Shown: positions 1 to 8,778 of the stretch, piece by piece
How the letters are laid out: every line of letters starts with the position of its first letter
How positions within the stretch are numbered: the stretch's first letter is position 1
Assembly (NCBI GenBank): GCA_049437325.1
Contig: JBMTIM010000004.1
Location: 13,983 to 77,982, forward strand
DNA length: 64,000 nt
Direction of reading: 5' to 3'
Origin: Acidimicrobiales bacterium
GTDB taxonomy: Bacteria > Actinomycetota > Acidimicrobiia > Acidimicrobiales > Aldehydirespiratoraceae
Notes under the pieces: model-generated
What the model was told of the DNA's origin: nothing
Seen by the model: the letters and a program-made list of their open reading frames with translations, nothing else
Databases searched by the model: none
Program-made: the position numbers and the translations under genes

Positions 1-103
1 ACCGAACCGTGGGAACCGCTCGGCATCGCAGTCGACAACATGCTCACAGAGTTCGGCAGCCGGGTACTCCCGCTGGGTCTCCGCACCGGCTGGCGTGCAA
101 AAC

Positions 104-139
104 GTCAGGGACCCGGTGCCGAAACACCGGGCCCCTGAC
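104..139 (-). terminator. Intrinsic-terminator-like hairpin downstream of the 156..464 gene
   Basis: 15-bp stem GTCAGGGACCCGGTG / CACCGGGCCCCTGAC with one mismatch and a 6-nt loop. Read on the minus strand it is followed by GTTTTG and lies just after the stop at 156. Confidence 0.5.
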
Positions 140-155
140 ACTCAGTTCGACCGGC

Positions 156-464
156 TCAGGCGGCGCGACCCGCAAAGCCGTCGCGGATGGCATTCGCCAT
201 TGCGATGACGGCGTACACCGCCACACCGTCGACGACGACCTGAAGGAATTCGTTGTCCCGGCCCATCATTTCAAGGCCGACGAAGGTGCCCATGTCGAGT
301 GCCCACACCAACACGATGACGATGATTGCATCGAGGTGTTGGCCGACGAAGGGGATTCCCTTCAGCTGCCCACTGATGCCGAGGAGATCGAGCACCGAGT
401 TGACGATCCCGACCGCTGCGCCTGCGAAGAGCGCAAGCACGATGACCATGACGAGAGTTTCCAT
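156..464 (-). CDS. Small integral membrane protein (about 102 aa), family not recognised
   Basis: Internal ATG at 464 is preceded by the purine-rich run GGGGGAAGGA. The product METLVMVIVLALFAGAAVGIV... has three hydrophobic segments. The upstream part of the 144-aa ORF looks non-coding. Confidence 0.6.
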   Translation of the reverse strand: METLVMVIVLALFAGAAVGIVNSVLDLLGISGQLKGIPFVGQHLDAIIVIVLVWALDMGTFVGLEMMGRDNEFLQVVVDGVAVYAVIAMANAIRDGFAGRAA

Positions 465-634
465 TTGTTGTCCTTCCCCCCTGAAGCCGCAGTGGACCAA
501 GGGCGACCCGGTACGTGCCCCCTGCACGCCCCGTAACCACCATTGTGACTTATGGCACGCCTGTGGGGTTACATCTCCGCGGGATTGCATGACGGCCCGA
601 GTCCGATCCGCAGCGCTCCACTACGGTCACGACC

Positions 635-1759
635 ATGCACATCGAACCATTCGGCGTCGAGCAGTGGATGAACGAGTACGAGACCCGCTGTCGGTACAAC
701 CTTGCTGAGACGTGCTGCGATTCGATCACCGTGGCCGAACTCCTCGACCTCGCCGCCGTCGGGCGGGGGTACCTCGACGGGTTGCTTTCCATGAAGCTCA
801 CCTACGGCGCCATCGAAGGCTCCGACCGACTCCGCACGGCAATCGCTGCGCTTTTCGAGGCGCAGTCGAGTGCGAACGTCCTCGTCACCCACGGAACGAT
901 CGGCGCCAATCACCTCGTCTATCTGACGCTCGTCTCGCCCGACGACCATGTCGTGTCGGTGGTGCCCAGCTATCAGCAGCACACGGCGATCCCCGAGTCA
1001 CTCGGAGCGAAAGTCACCCGGGTGCCATTGCGAGAGGAACGCGGATGGGTCCTCGATCTCGACGAACTCGATGCTGCGGTGACCCCGGGGACTGCCCTGG
1101 TGACCCTCACGAACCCGAACAACCCGACCGGTGCACTGTTGGGGCGTGAGGAACTCTGTGCGGTGGCTGCGATGTGCGACCGAGTGGGGGCATGGCTGCT
1201 GGTCGACGAGGTGTACCGGGGAATCGACCAGGAGGGGAGTGGCACCACGGCCTCGGTTGCCGATCTCTATGAGCGGGGAATCAGCACGGGCTCCATGTCG
1301 AAAGCGTTCTCCCTCGCCGGACTCCGGCTGGGTTGGGTCGTGGGGCCCGAGACACTGCTCGAGCGTGTCGTCGTTCACCGTGACTACAACACGATCAGTA
1401 TCGGCATGATCGATGATGCGTTGGCCGCGCTGGCTCTCGAGCATGCCGAGACGATCCTTGCCCGCAATCGCTCCCTCGTGCGCAGCAATCTGACCATCCT
1501 GTCGAACTGGCTCGACGGTGAGGATCGCGTCGGTTGGACCCGACCGTTGGGTGGCACGATCACGCTTCTGCGGTACGACGCCGATCTGTCGTCGCGGGAC
1601 TTTTGTGTCGGCCTTGTCGAGGGCCCAGGTGGTGTGATGCTCACACCGGGGAGCGCCCTCGACATGGAGGGACATGTGCGCATCGGCTACGCAAACGCAC
1701 CCGAGGCATTGATCGCCGGTCTGCCTCTGATCAGCAGGTACATGGACGGGTTGGGGTGA
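635..1759 (+). CDS. Pyridoxal-phosphate-dependent aminotransferase, class I/II
   Basis: 374-aa ORF with typical fold-type I features (NPNNPTG, SMSKAFSLAGLRLGW with the PLP lysine, final RIGYA). Confidence 0.85.
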   Translation: MHIEPFGVEQWMNEYETRCRYNLAETCCDSITVAELLDLAAVGRGYLDGLLSMKLTYGAIEGSDRLRTAIAALFEAQSSANVLVTHGTIGANHLVYLTLVSPDDHVVSVVPSYQQHTAIPESLGAKVTRVPLREERGWVLDLDELDAAVTPGTALVTLTNPNNPTGALLGREELCAVAAMCDRVGAWLLVDEVYRGIDQEGSGTTASVADLYERGISTGSMSKAFSLAGLRLGWVVGPETLLERVVVHRDYNTISIGMIDDALAALALEHAETILARNRSLVRSNLTILSNWLDGEDRVGWTRPLGGTITLLRYDADLSSRDFCVGLVEGPGGVMLTPGSALDMEGHVRIGYANAPEALIAGLPLISRYMDGLG

Positions 1760-1821
1760 GAGACGATCCGACGCGGCACCCCTCCGCCTGATCGTCACAT
1801 GAGCTGACTACGGTCGGCGGC

Positions 1822-4257
1822 ATGTCTCGACAACTCGAATTCGACGGTGGGTTCGCCCGCGAAGTCGTTGAGGTTCCGGTCGCCGACGAGATGAGCGAGA
1901 GCTTTCTTGCCTACTCACTTTCGGTCATCACCAGCCGCGCCATCCCCGATGTTCGCGACGGTCTCAAGCCGGTCCAGCGGCGCATCCTGTGGTCGATGCT
2001 CCAGATGGGCATTCGGCCGGGAACCCCGTTCCGCAAGTCGGCCCGCATCGTCGGCGACACGATGGGGCGCTATCACCCGCACGGTGATGCTGCGATCTAC
2101 GACACCTTGGTGCGTATGGGCCAGGACTTTTCTCGGATGGTGCCCTTCGTCGATCCCCAGGGCAACTTCGGTTCGCTCGACGATCCGCCAGCAGCCGCTC
2201 GCTACACCGAGTGTCGCCTCGCCGAGCCGGCGATGGACATGGTCCGCGAACTCGACGAGGACACGGTCGATTTCCGTCCGACCTACGACGGCGAAGGTGA
2301 CGAACCGAGCGTGTTGCCGGCTGCGCTTCCCAACATCTTGGTCAACGGAACGAGCGGTATCGCGGTGGGCATGGCGACCAACATGGCGCCCCACAATCTG
2401 CGTGAGGTCGAGAAGGCCATCGAGTTGGTGATGAAGAAACGTCGGCCGAAGCCGACCGTCGACGAGCTGATGGCGGTCTTGCCGGGGCCCGATTTTCCGT
2501 CCGGTGGGATCGTGGTCGACGACGGCCTGCGAGAGGCCTACGAGACCGGGCGTGGCACGTTTCGCATCCGGGCCAAGGCTCATGTCGAGCAGACGTCGCG
2601 TACCCGGCAGTCGATCATCGTCACCGAGTTGCCCTACCTTGTCGGACCCGAGCGGGTGATCGCCAAGGTCCAAGAACTGGCGAACAACGGCAAGCTCGTC
2701 GGGATCGAAGGGATCGCCGACCTGAGCGACATCAACGGTCTCACGATCCAGATCGATGTGAAGCCGGCGGTCAATCCGCAGGCGGTCTTGCAGGAGCTCT
2801 ATCGACTCACCCCCCTCGAGGAATCGTTCGGCATCAACAATGTGGTGCTGGTCGACGGGGTTCCCACCACCCTCGGTGTCTACGATCTGTGTCGCTACTA
2901 CATCGAGCATCGCCTCGAGGTCATCGTCCGACGTACCCGGTTCCGCCTCGAAAAGGCACAGGATCGGCTGCACATCCTCGAAGGGCTGCTGATTGCGCTG
3001 GATGCAATCGACGAGGTGGTGGCCATCATTCGTGGTTCGAACGATGCCGGTGTTGCGCGCGAGCGGCTGATGGAACGGTTCGACCTGTCGGCCATCCAGG
3101 CGACCCACATTCTCGACATGCCGCTGCGCCGCCTCACTGCACTCGCCAAACTCGAACTCGAGGAGGAGGCAGCGGGGCTGCGAACCGACATCGCCGAGTA
3201 CGAGCGCTTGCTCAACAGCGAGGACCGCCGACGCACCCTCGTGTTGAAGGAACTCGGCGAGCTCGTCGAGAAGCATGGTCGCGATCGCAGAGCCGAGATC
3301 ATCAGCGCCGACGACATTCCAGTCTTCGAGGCGCCAAACGTGTCCGAGTCCTCGTTCGATCCCGACACCGACGAGCCCTGTGTCGTCACGCTGTCGACCT
3401 CGGGCAATCTTGGACGGGTACCCACCGAGGGAGCGAAGAAGGGTGTGGCCGGGCGTCACGACCTTCTTGCCTGTGCCGTGGTGACATCCACCGGATCACC
3501 GATCGCAGCCGTGACCTCAGAGGGCCGGGCGTTCATGCTCCACGCCGGAGAGGCAGCCGACGCCGGAGGTCGGACGCGCGGGAATCCCGTGCCTCAACAA
3601 CTCGGGCTCAACAAGGGTGAGGAAGTGCTTGCGCTCGTGACCACAGGTGAAGAACACCTTGTGCTCGTCACCGCCCTGGGGGTTGTGAAACGGGTCTCTG
3701 CCGAGGAGGTGCTCGGCACCAAGTCCGGAAAAGCGGTGATCTCGTTGCGGGGTGACGATCGCGTCGTTGCTGCATTTCGGGCTCCCACCGGTGTTGACAT
3801 CATGGTGGTCGCCTCTGACGGTCAGGCTCTTCGCATGCCGCTGGAATCGGTGTCCGTTCAGGGGCGGGGAGCGGGCGGGGTTGCCGGCCTCAAGCTCAAG
3901 GGTGACGCGGTCGTCGTCGGCGCTGGACCGCTGATCGGCGATGGCGTCGTGCTCACCGTCACCTCTGAGTCGGGAGCCAAGGCCACGCCGTACGAGGAGT
4001 TCGAGTCGAAAGGACGAGGTGGCCAAGGCGTGCGGATCGCTCGACTCGGCTCCGGTGAGACGATCACGCTTGCATGGTTCGGTTCCCTCGGCTCGATCGG
4101 CGGGGCAGGCGATCTGCTCGCCCAGATGGCCGACGACGACGATCCCAAGAAGCTCGATCCCAACCCGATCCCATTCGAGCTCGAAGCCACGAAGCGTGAT
4201 CTTGTGCCGACCAGGACGGAGCGACAGGTGATGGTCTTGGGTCCGAATCGTTGGTGA
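1822..4257 (+). CDS. Type IIA DNA topoisomerase subunit A (topoisomerase IV ParC / GyrA-like)
   Basis: 811 aa. The N-terminus FLAYSLSVITSRAIPDVRDGLKPVQRRILWSM and the HPHGD motif are diagnostic of GyrA/ParC, and a C-terminal beta-pinwheel-like region is present. No B subunit is adjacent. Confidence 0.9.
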   Translation: MSRQLEFDGGFAREVVEVPVADEMSESFLAYSLSVITSRAIPDVRDGLKPVQRRILWSMLQMGIRPGTPFRKSARIVGDTMGRYHPHGDAAIYDTLVRMGQDFSRMVPFVDPQGNFGSLDDPPAAARYTECRLAEPAMDMVRELDEDTVDFRPTYDGEGDEPSVLPAALPNILVNGTSGIAVGMATNMAPHNLREVEKAIELVMKKRRPKPTVDELMAVLPGPDFPSGGIVVDDGLREAYETGRGTFRIRAKAHVEQTSRTRQSIIVTELPYLVGPERVIAKVQELANNGKLVGIEGIADLSDINGLTIQIDVKPAVNPQAVLQELYRLTPLEESFGINNVVLVDGVPTTLGVYDLCRYYIEHRLEVIVRRTRFRLEKAQDRLHILEGLLIALDAIDEVVAIIRGSNDAGVARERLMERFDLSAIQATHILDMPLRRLTALAKLELEEEAAGLRTDIAEYERLLNSEDRRRTLVLKELGELVEKHGRDRRAEIISADDIPVFEAPNVSESSFDPDTDEPCVVTLSTSGNLGRVPTEGAKKGVAGRHDLLACAVVTSTGSPIAAVTSEGRAFMLHAGEAADAGGRTRGNPVPQQLGLNKGEEVLALVTTGEEHLVLVTALGVVKRVSAEEVLGTKSGKAVISLRGDDRVVAAFRAPTGVDIMVVASDGQALRMPLESVSVQGRGAGGVAGLKLKGDAVVVGAGPLIGDGVVLTVTSESGAKATPYEEFESKGRGGQGVRIARLGSGETITLAWFGSLGSIGGAGDLLAQMADDDDPKKLDPNPIPFELEATKRDLVPTRTERQVMVLGPNRW

Positions 4258-4349
4258 CGGCTCGATGTGGTTGCTCAGGCCGACGCAGGGCCAGCTGCGC
4301 CATCGGTGCAGGTTGGTCCCGACTGCGCCGAAAAGGTGATACTCCTTCG

Positions 4350-5429
4350 ATGCGAACCGAACTCGATCACGATCAGCTGCTTCTCACAGTCCTGAATCTG
4401 TTCAAGGCCAAAGAGGGCGAGGTCATCAGCCAGATCATCCACATCGGGAACCGACTGGGGCTGTTCGCAGCGCTCGACCGACAGGGTGAGGCGACGTCCG
4501 ACGGGCTGGCCGACGCAACGGGCTACCACGAGCGCTGGGTCCGTGAATGGCTCTTTGCGATGAGTGCGCAGGGACTGCTCGACCACGAGGACGGGGTGTT
4601 CGCACTCACCCCCGAGGCCCGGTTCACACTGGTCGACGAGGACTCCCCCCGCTATGCCGCCGGGGTGTTCGGCCCACCGATCACGCACCACGAGATCGAC
4701 CGAACGATCGAGGCCTTCACCACCGGCATCGGGATGACCTGGGGCGAGCACGGTGCGGAGACATGCCACTTTCAGGCGGCGATGGGTGCGGGTGGCCAGC
4801 GGCACTACCTGGTGCCGGTGATCCTCGACTCGATCGATGGCATGTCCGACCGGATGACGAAGGGGGTGACCATCGTCGATATCGGATGCGGAGCGGGCGT
4901 CGCCGCCGAGGTGATCGCCGAGGCCTACCCCAACAGCAGGGTGATCGGCGTGGACCCGTCCGAGCACGCGATGGAAGCCGCTGCAGCGCGGGGTCGAGCA
5001 GCAGGCTTGTCCAATCTCGAGTTTCGGACCGGGTCGTTCGACTCGCTCGACGACCTGCGAGACGAGGGGATCGTCGTCGATCTCTTGCTGACACTCGATG
5101 TCATCCACGATCTTCCGCGGCCCGGAGCGGCGGTGCGCTCGGCGAGGTCGTGTCTCGCCGACGACGGGGTCTGGTTGATCGCCGACATTCGGGCTGCCGG
5201 GCCGCTCGAGGACAACCGAAACATGCCGATGCTGCCGCTGATGTACGGCATGTCGATCCTCTACTGCATGTCGTCGGCGATGTCGGAGCCCGGAGGGGCT
5301 GGCCTGGGCACGATGGGACTCACGCCGGAGGTCTTGCGCGAGATGGCCGACGCCGCTGGATTCGCGAGCTTCGACACACGCGAATTCGACGCCGACATGA
5401 TGAACCGGTACTACGAGCTCCGTCCCTGA
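4350..5429 (+). CDS. Class I SAM-dependent methyltransferase with N-terminal winged-helix domain
   Basis: ATG at 4350 is preceded by AAGGTG. SAM motif I VDIGCGAG is present, with an O-methyltransferase-like N-terminal dimerisation/wHTH region. The 33-aa extension from 4251 looks spurious. Confidence 0.8.
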   Translation: MRTELDHDQLLLTVLNLFKAKEGEVISQIIHIGNRLGLFAALDRQGEATSDGLADATGYHERWVREWLFAMSAQGLLDHEDGVFALTPEARFTLVDEDSPRYAAGVFGPPITHHEIDRTIEAFTTGIGMTWGEHGAETCHFQAAMGAGGQRHYLVPVILDSIDGMSDRMTKGVTIVDIGCGAGVAAEVIAEAYPNSRVIGVDPSEHAMEAAAARGRAAGLSNLEFRTGSFDSLDDLRDEGIVVDLLLTLDVIHDLPRPGAAVRSARSCLADDGVWLIADIRAAGPLEDNRNMPMLPLMYGMSILYCMSSAMSEPGGAGLGTMGLTPEVLREMADAAGFASFDTREFDADMMNRYYELRP

Positions 5430-6919
5430 CGGCGGTTCGGCGGCGGCCCTCCCCGCCGTTTGCCGCCGGACGTGCTGCGTTGCTTGTTGCCCGACGTGGA
5501 AGGTCGCCCGTCGGTGCGGCTGTCACCGGAACTGCGGCGTGTTGCCTTGGCGGTGTTCTTGGCGCCGCCGTTGCCGCTGCGGTTCTTGGCGCCGGGCTTG
5601 GTCCTGCCCTTCGATTTCGATTTCGATTTCGAGCGGGTTCGAGCCGACGGAGGACCGCCGGGTTTGGGACCGCCGGGTTTGGGGCCGCCGGGCTTTCGTT
5701 GGCGAGCATTCGCCGGGCGACGGTCTCGGTTGCGGTCGGGGCCGGTGGGGGACGCGTCGGGGTCGCCACTCAGTGCCTCGGGTTCGAATTCGAGGCCCGG
5801 CGGTTCGGTGATCTGCTGCGGGAGGTCGAGACGTCGCATCATTGCCTGTACGGCCTTCGCCTGCGACGGGTCGACGAACGACACGACAACTCCTCGAGCG
5901 CCGGCGCGAGCGGTGCGGCCCGATCGGTGGACGTACGCCGAATCTTCGTCGACCGGATCGAAGTGAACGACACATTCCACCGCATCGACGTGGATTCCGC
6001 GAGCAGCGACGTCGGTTGCGACGAGAGCATGGGCTTTCCCGGTTGCGAAGTCGTCGAGCGCACGCTGACGTTGCGCCTGTGACCGGTTGCCGTGGATCGG
6101 TACGGCTTTGACGCCGGCGTTCGTGAGTTGGCGGGCGGCCCGATCGGCGCCGTGACGGGTGCGGGTGAACACGATGGTGCGTCCGAACGTGGCGACGACC
6201 GAGGCACAGAGCCGAATACGTTCAGCGCGAGGGAGCATCCAGAAGTGGTGCTCCATCTTGGTCAGATCGGGTGTTGCCTCTCCTACTTCGTGTCGTACGG
6301 GGTCGTGCTGATAGGCGCGGGTGATCTTTGCGACTTCTCCGTCGAGGGTGGCCGAATACAGCACGGTTTGTCGGCTCGGGTCGGTTTGGTCGAGGAGTCT
6401 GCGCACCGCAGGCAGGAACCCCATATCGGCCATACGGTCGGCTTCGTCGACCACGACGTTCTCGACCTCGGCGAGCGACACGACGCGTTGTTGGATCAGG
6501 TCTTCCAAGCGTCCCGGTGTGGCGACGAGGAGATCGACCCCCTTGCTGAGGCGGTCGATCTGGGGCTTCAGGCCAACCCCGCCATAGACGGCGAGGATCG
6601 AACGGTCAACGGCGCGAACGAGCGGAGTGAGCTCGTCGGCGATCTGGGCTGCGAGCTCTCGGGTCGGCGCGAGCACAAGGGCCGTCGGCCGTTTCTTGCG
6701 AGCGGGGCCAGCGGCATGGCATGCCGCCACGAGCGGTATGCCGAAGGCGAGCGTCTTGCCCGACCCGGTGGGCGCACGGCCGATCACGTCCTTGCCGGCA
6801 AGCAGGTCGGGGATCGTCTCGGCCTGGATGGGGAAGGGCTGGCGGATACGGGCCTGCTCGAGTGCCGCGACGATCGCCGCCGGCACGCCGAGCTCGGCGA
6901 ACGACGTCGTGCGAGTCAC
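5411..6919 (-). CDS. DEAD-box ATP-dependent RNA helicase with basic repeat-rich C-terminal tail
   Basis: Q-motif FPIQ, Walker A APTGSGKT, DEAD (VVDEADRM), SAT and HRSGRTARAG motifs. The C-terminal ~110 aa is low complexity (PGGPK x3, SKSKSKSKSK, many R/K/G). Confidence 0.92.
   Translation of the reverse strand: MTRTTSFAELGVPAAIVAALEQARIRQPFPIQAETIPDLLAGKDVIGRAPTGSGKTLAFGIPLVAACHAAGPARKKRPTALVLAPTRELAAQIADELTPLVRAVDRSILAVYGGVGLKPQIDRLSKGVDLLVATPGRLEDLIQQRVVSLAEVENVVVDEADRMADMGFLPAVRRLLDQTDPSRQTVLYSATLDGEVAKITRAYQHDPVRHEVGEATPDLTKMEHHFWMLPRAERIRLCASVVATFGRTIVFTRTRHGADRAARQLTNAGVKAVPIHGNRSQAQRQRALDDFATGKAHALVATDVAARGIHVDAVECVVHFDPVDEDSAYVHRSGRTARAGARGVVVSFVDPSQAKAVQAMMRRLDLPQQITEPPGLEFEPEALSGDPDASPTGPDRNRDRRPANARQRKPGGPKPGGPKPGGPPSARTRSKSKSKSKGRTKPGAKNRSGNGGAKNTAKATRRSSGDSRTDGRPSTSGNKQRSTSGGKRRGGPPPNRRQGRSS
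5611..5632. repeat. Hexanucleotide tandem repeat (TCGATT, about 3.5 copies)
   Basis: tcgatttcgatttcgatttcga read directly. It encodes the SKSKSKSK run of the helicase tail on the minus strand. Confidence 0.9.
5652..5696. repeat. 15-nt tandem repeat, 3 copies (GGACCGCCGGGTTTG)
   Basis: Two identical copies plus one diverged copy (GGGCCGCCGGGCTTT). It encodes PGGPK x3 in the helicase tail. Confidence 0.9.
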
Positions 6920-6974
6920 GACCGCAGGCTATCGGGACCGCCCGACGCCGAAGCAGATCCGAGGAGCGTTCGGT

Positions 6975-7385
6975 TCAGTCGTCTCCGTCGAGGGCGTCTC
7001 GATCGAGCCGCATGGCCGCGCTGTTCATGCAGTACCGCTGACCCGTGGGCGCCGGGCCGTCGGGGAATCGATGGCCAAGATGTGCATCGCAGTTGGCACA
7101 GACTGCTTCTTCGCGAATCATGCCGTGGGAATGATCGGTTCGGATCTCGACGACGTCGGGACCGACGGTGTCGAAGAACGACGGCCAACCCGATCCGGAC
7201 TCGAACTTGGTGTCGCTGGTGAAGAGCGCGGTGTCACACACGACACACCGGTAGGTGCCGTCGTCGTGGCAGTCCCAGTACTCGCCCGTGAACGCGCGTT
7301 CGGTCCCGGCCTGTTGGGTCACGGCGTACTGCTCGGCCGTGAGGCGGGCACGAAGTTCCGCATCGTCGAAGCTGACATCGCTCAT
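6975..7385 (-). CDS. msrB: Peptide-methionine (R)-S-oxide reductase
   Basis: Signature GTYRCVVCDTALF...GWPSF...CANCDAHLGHRF. The ATG at 7385 is preceded by AGGAG, so it is preferred over the ORF-track start at 7409. Confidence 0.9.
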   Translation of the reverse strand: MSDVSFDDAELRARLTAEQYAVTQQAGTERAFTGEYWDCHDDGTYRCVVCDTALFTSDTKFESGSGWPSFFDTVGPDVVEIRTDHSHGMIREEAVCANCDAHLGHRFPDGPAPTGQRYCMNSAAMRLDRDALDGDD

Positions 7386-7467
7386 GGATCGACTCCTGTT
7401 CTCGTTCACACGAAGGCGGGTTCGTGGAGAAGTGTCTCAGGTTTTGTGAGCTCCTGCACAGGGGTGC

Positions 7468-7496
7468 TTGACCGAACAGTTGTTCGGAATTACGTT
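7468..7496 (+). promoter_or_regulatory. recA promoter with embedded LexA (Cheo/SOS) box
   Basis: TTGACC (7468-7473), a 17-nt spacer, then TACGTT (7491-7496). The spacer holds the perfect palindrome CGAACAGTTGTTCG (7473-7486), matching the Gram-positive/actinobacterial LexA consensus CGAAC-N4-GTTCG. Confidence 0.8.
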
Positions 7497-7543
7497 ACTG
7501 TCATTCGTTCGCACCGCTGTCGAAGGCGACCTGTCACAGCCAG

Positions 7544-7565
7544 TGTCACACCCCCTTCGTAGGTT
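7544..7565 (+). promoter_or_regulatory. Candidate LexA-independent DNA-damage promoter (RecA-NDp / PafBC-like) proximal to recA
   Basis: TGTCACACCC-N6-TAGGTT has the same 16-nt spacing from TGTC to TAnnnT as the mycobacterial RecA-NDp motif (TGTCRGTG-N8-TAnnnT). Only TGTCA and the -10 match the consensus. A related copy GTATCACACCCCT is at 7573-7585. Confidence 0.4.
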
Positions 7566-7645
7566 CGAGCCCGTATCACACCCCTCAACCAAAACTCACC
7601 TCTGCACAGAGGCCCGGAACATCCGGGTGACGACAGGAGCGAACA

Positions 7646-8722
7646 GTGGAAGCAGACCGCGGCAAGGCACTCGACGTAGCACTCGGCCAGATCGAGAAGC
7701 AGTTCGGCAAGGGTTCGGTCATGAAGATGGGCGACAAGACCACGATGGCGATCGAGTCGATTCCTACCGGTGCACTCGCTCTCGATCTTGCGCTCGGGAT
7801 CGGCGGTCTCCCCCGAGGCCGCATCACCGAGATCTACGGCCCGGAATCCTCGGGCAAGACCACCCTTGCGACCCATGTCGTCGCCGAGGCGCAGCGAAAT
7901 GGCGGCATCTGCGCCTACATCGATGCCGAGCACGCCATGGATCCGGTCTACGCCAAGGCGATTGGTGTCGACATCGATGAACTGCTGATCTCCCAGCCCG
8001 ACACTGGTGAGCAGGCACTCGAGATCACCGACATGCTGATCCGCTCCGGCGCACTCGACGTCGTTGTGATCGACTCGGTCGCTGCGCTCACGCCTCGTGC
8101 CGAGATCGAAGGAGAAATGGGCGATACCCATGTCGGCCTGCAGGCCCGTCTCATGTCGCAAGCGCTGCGCAAGCTCACCGGCAACCTCAACAAGTCCAAA
8201 ACGATCTGCATCTTCATCAACCAGCTGCGCGAGAAGATCGGTGTCATGTTCGGTTCGCCGGAGACCACCCCGGGTGGTCGGGCGTTGAAGTTCTATTCGT
8301 CGGTTCGCCTCGACATCCGTCGGATCGAATCGATCAAGGACGGTGTCGAGGTTGTGGGGAACCGGACCCGGGTCAAGGTCGTGAAGAACAAGGTCAGCCC
8401 GCCCTTCAAGCAAGCCGAGTTCGACATCATGTATGGCACCGGCATCTCCCGTGAGGGCTCGGTCCTCGACCTCTCGGTCGATGAAGGCATCGTCAAGAAG
8501 TCGGGTGCTTGGTACACCTACGACGGAGAGCAACTCGGCCAGGGCCGGGAAAACGCAAAGAAGTACCTCACCGAGAACCCCGAAGTCATGGTCGAGATCT
8601 CCGATCGGGTCTGGAAAGCCGTCATGCCCGAAGAAGAGTTGGTCGATGTGGCCGACGGTGAGGGTGAAGAGGGCGAAGAGTTCTCCGACGCCGACGACAT
8701 GCCGATCGCACTCGACGACTGA
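7646..8722 (+). CDS. recA: Recombinase RecA
   Basis: GTG start preceded by ACAGGAG. Canonical sequence [19 protein letters not shown], Walker [10 protein letters not shown], no intein. Confidence 0.98.
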   Translation: MEADRGKALDVALGQIEKQFGKGSVMKMGDKTTMAIESIPTGALALDLALGIGGLPRGRITEIYGPESSGKTTLATHVVAEAQRNGGICAYIDAEHAMDPVYAKAIGVDIDELLISQPDTGEQALEITDMLIRSGALDVVVIDSVAALTPRAEIEGEMGDTHVGLQARLMSQALRKLTGNLNKSKTICIFINQLREKIGVMFGSPETTPGGRALKFYSSVRLDIRRIESIKDGVEVVGNRTRVKVVKNKVSPPFKQAEFDIMYGTGISREGSVLDLSVDEGIVKKSGAWYTYDGEQLGQGRENAKKYLTENPEVMVEISDRVWKAVMPEEELVDVADGEGEEGEEFSDADDMPIALDD

Positions 8723-8778
8723 CGCCACGCAAGCAGCAGCAAGATGGCGTGTGCTTGCATGTCGCTAGCATCTGAGGT

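Noticed and set aside
1-138. Open frame-1 stretch with GC3 bias running from the window edge to TGA at 136-138, possibly the 3' end of a + strand gene convergent with 156..464.
   Set aside because: Only 45 codons are visible, with no motif and no start in the window. That is too little evidence to call a CDS.
8723-8778. Absence of recX between recA and miaB, where many actinobacteria have it.
   Set aside because: The 56-nt gap cannot encode it. recX may simply be elsewhere in the genome, so absence cannot be evaluated from this window.
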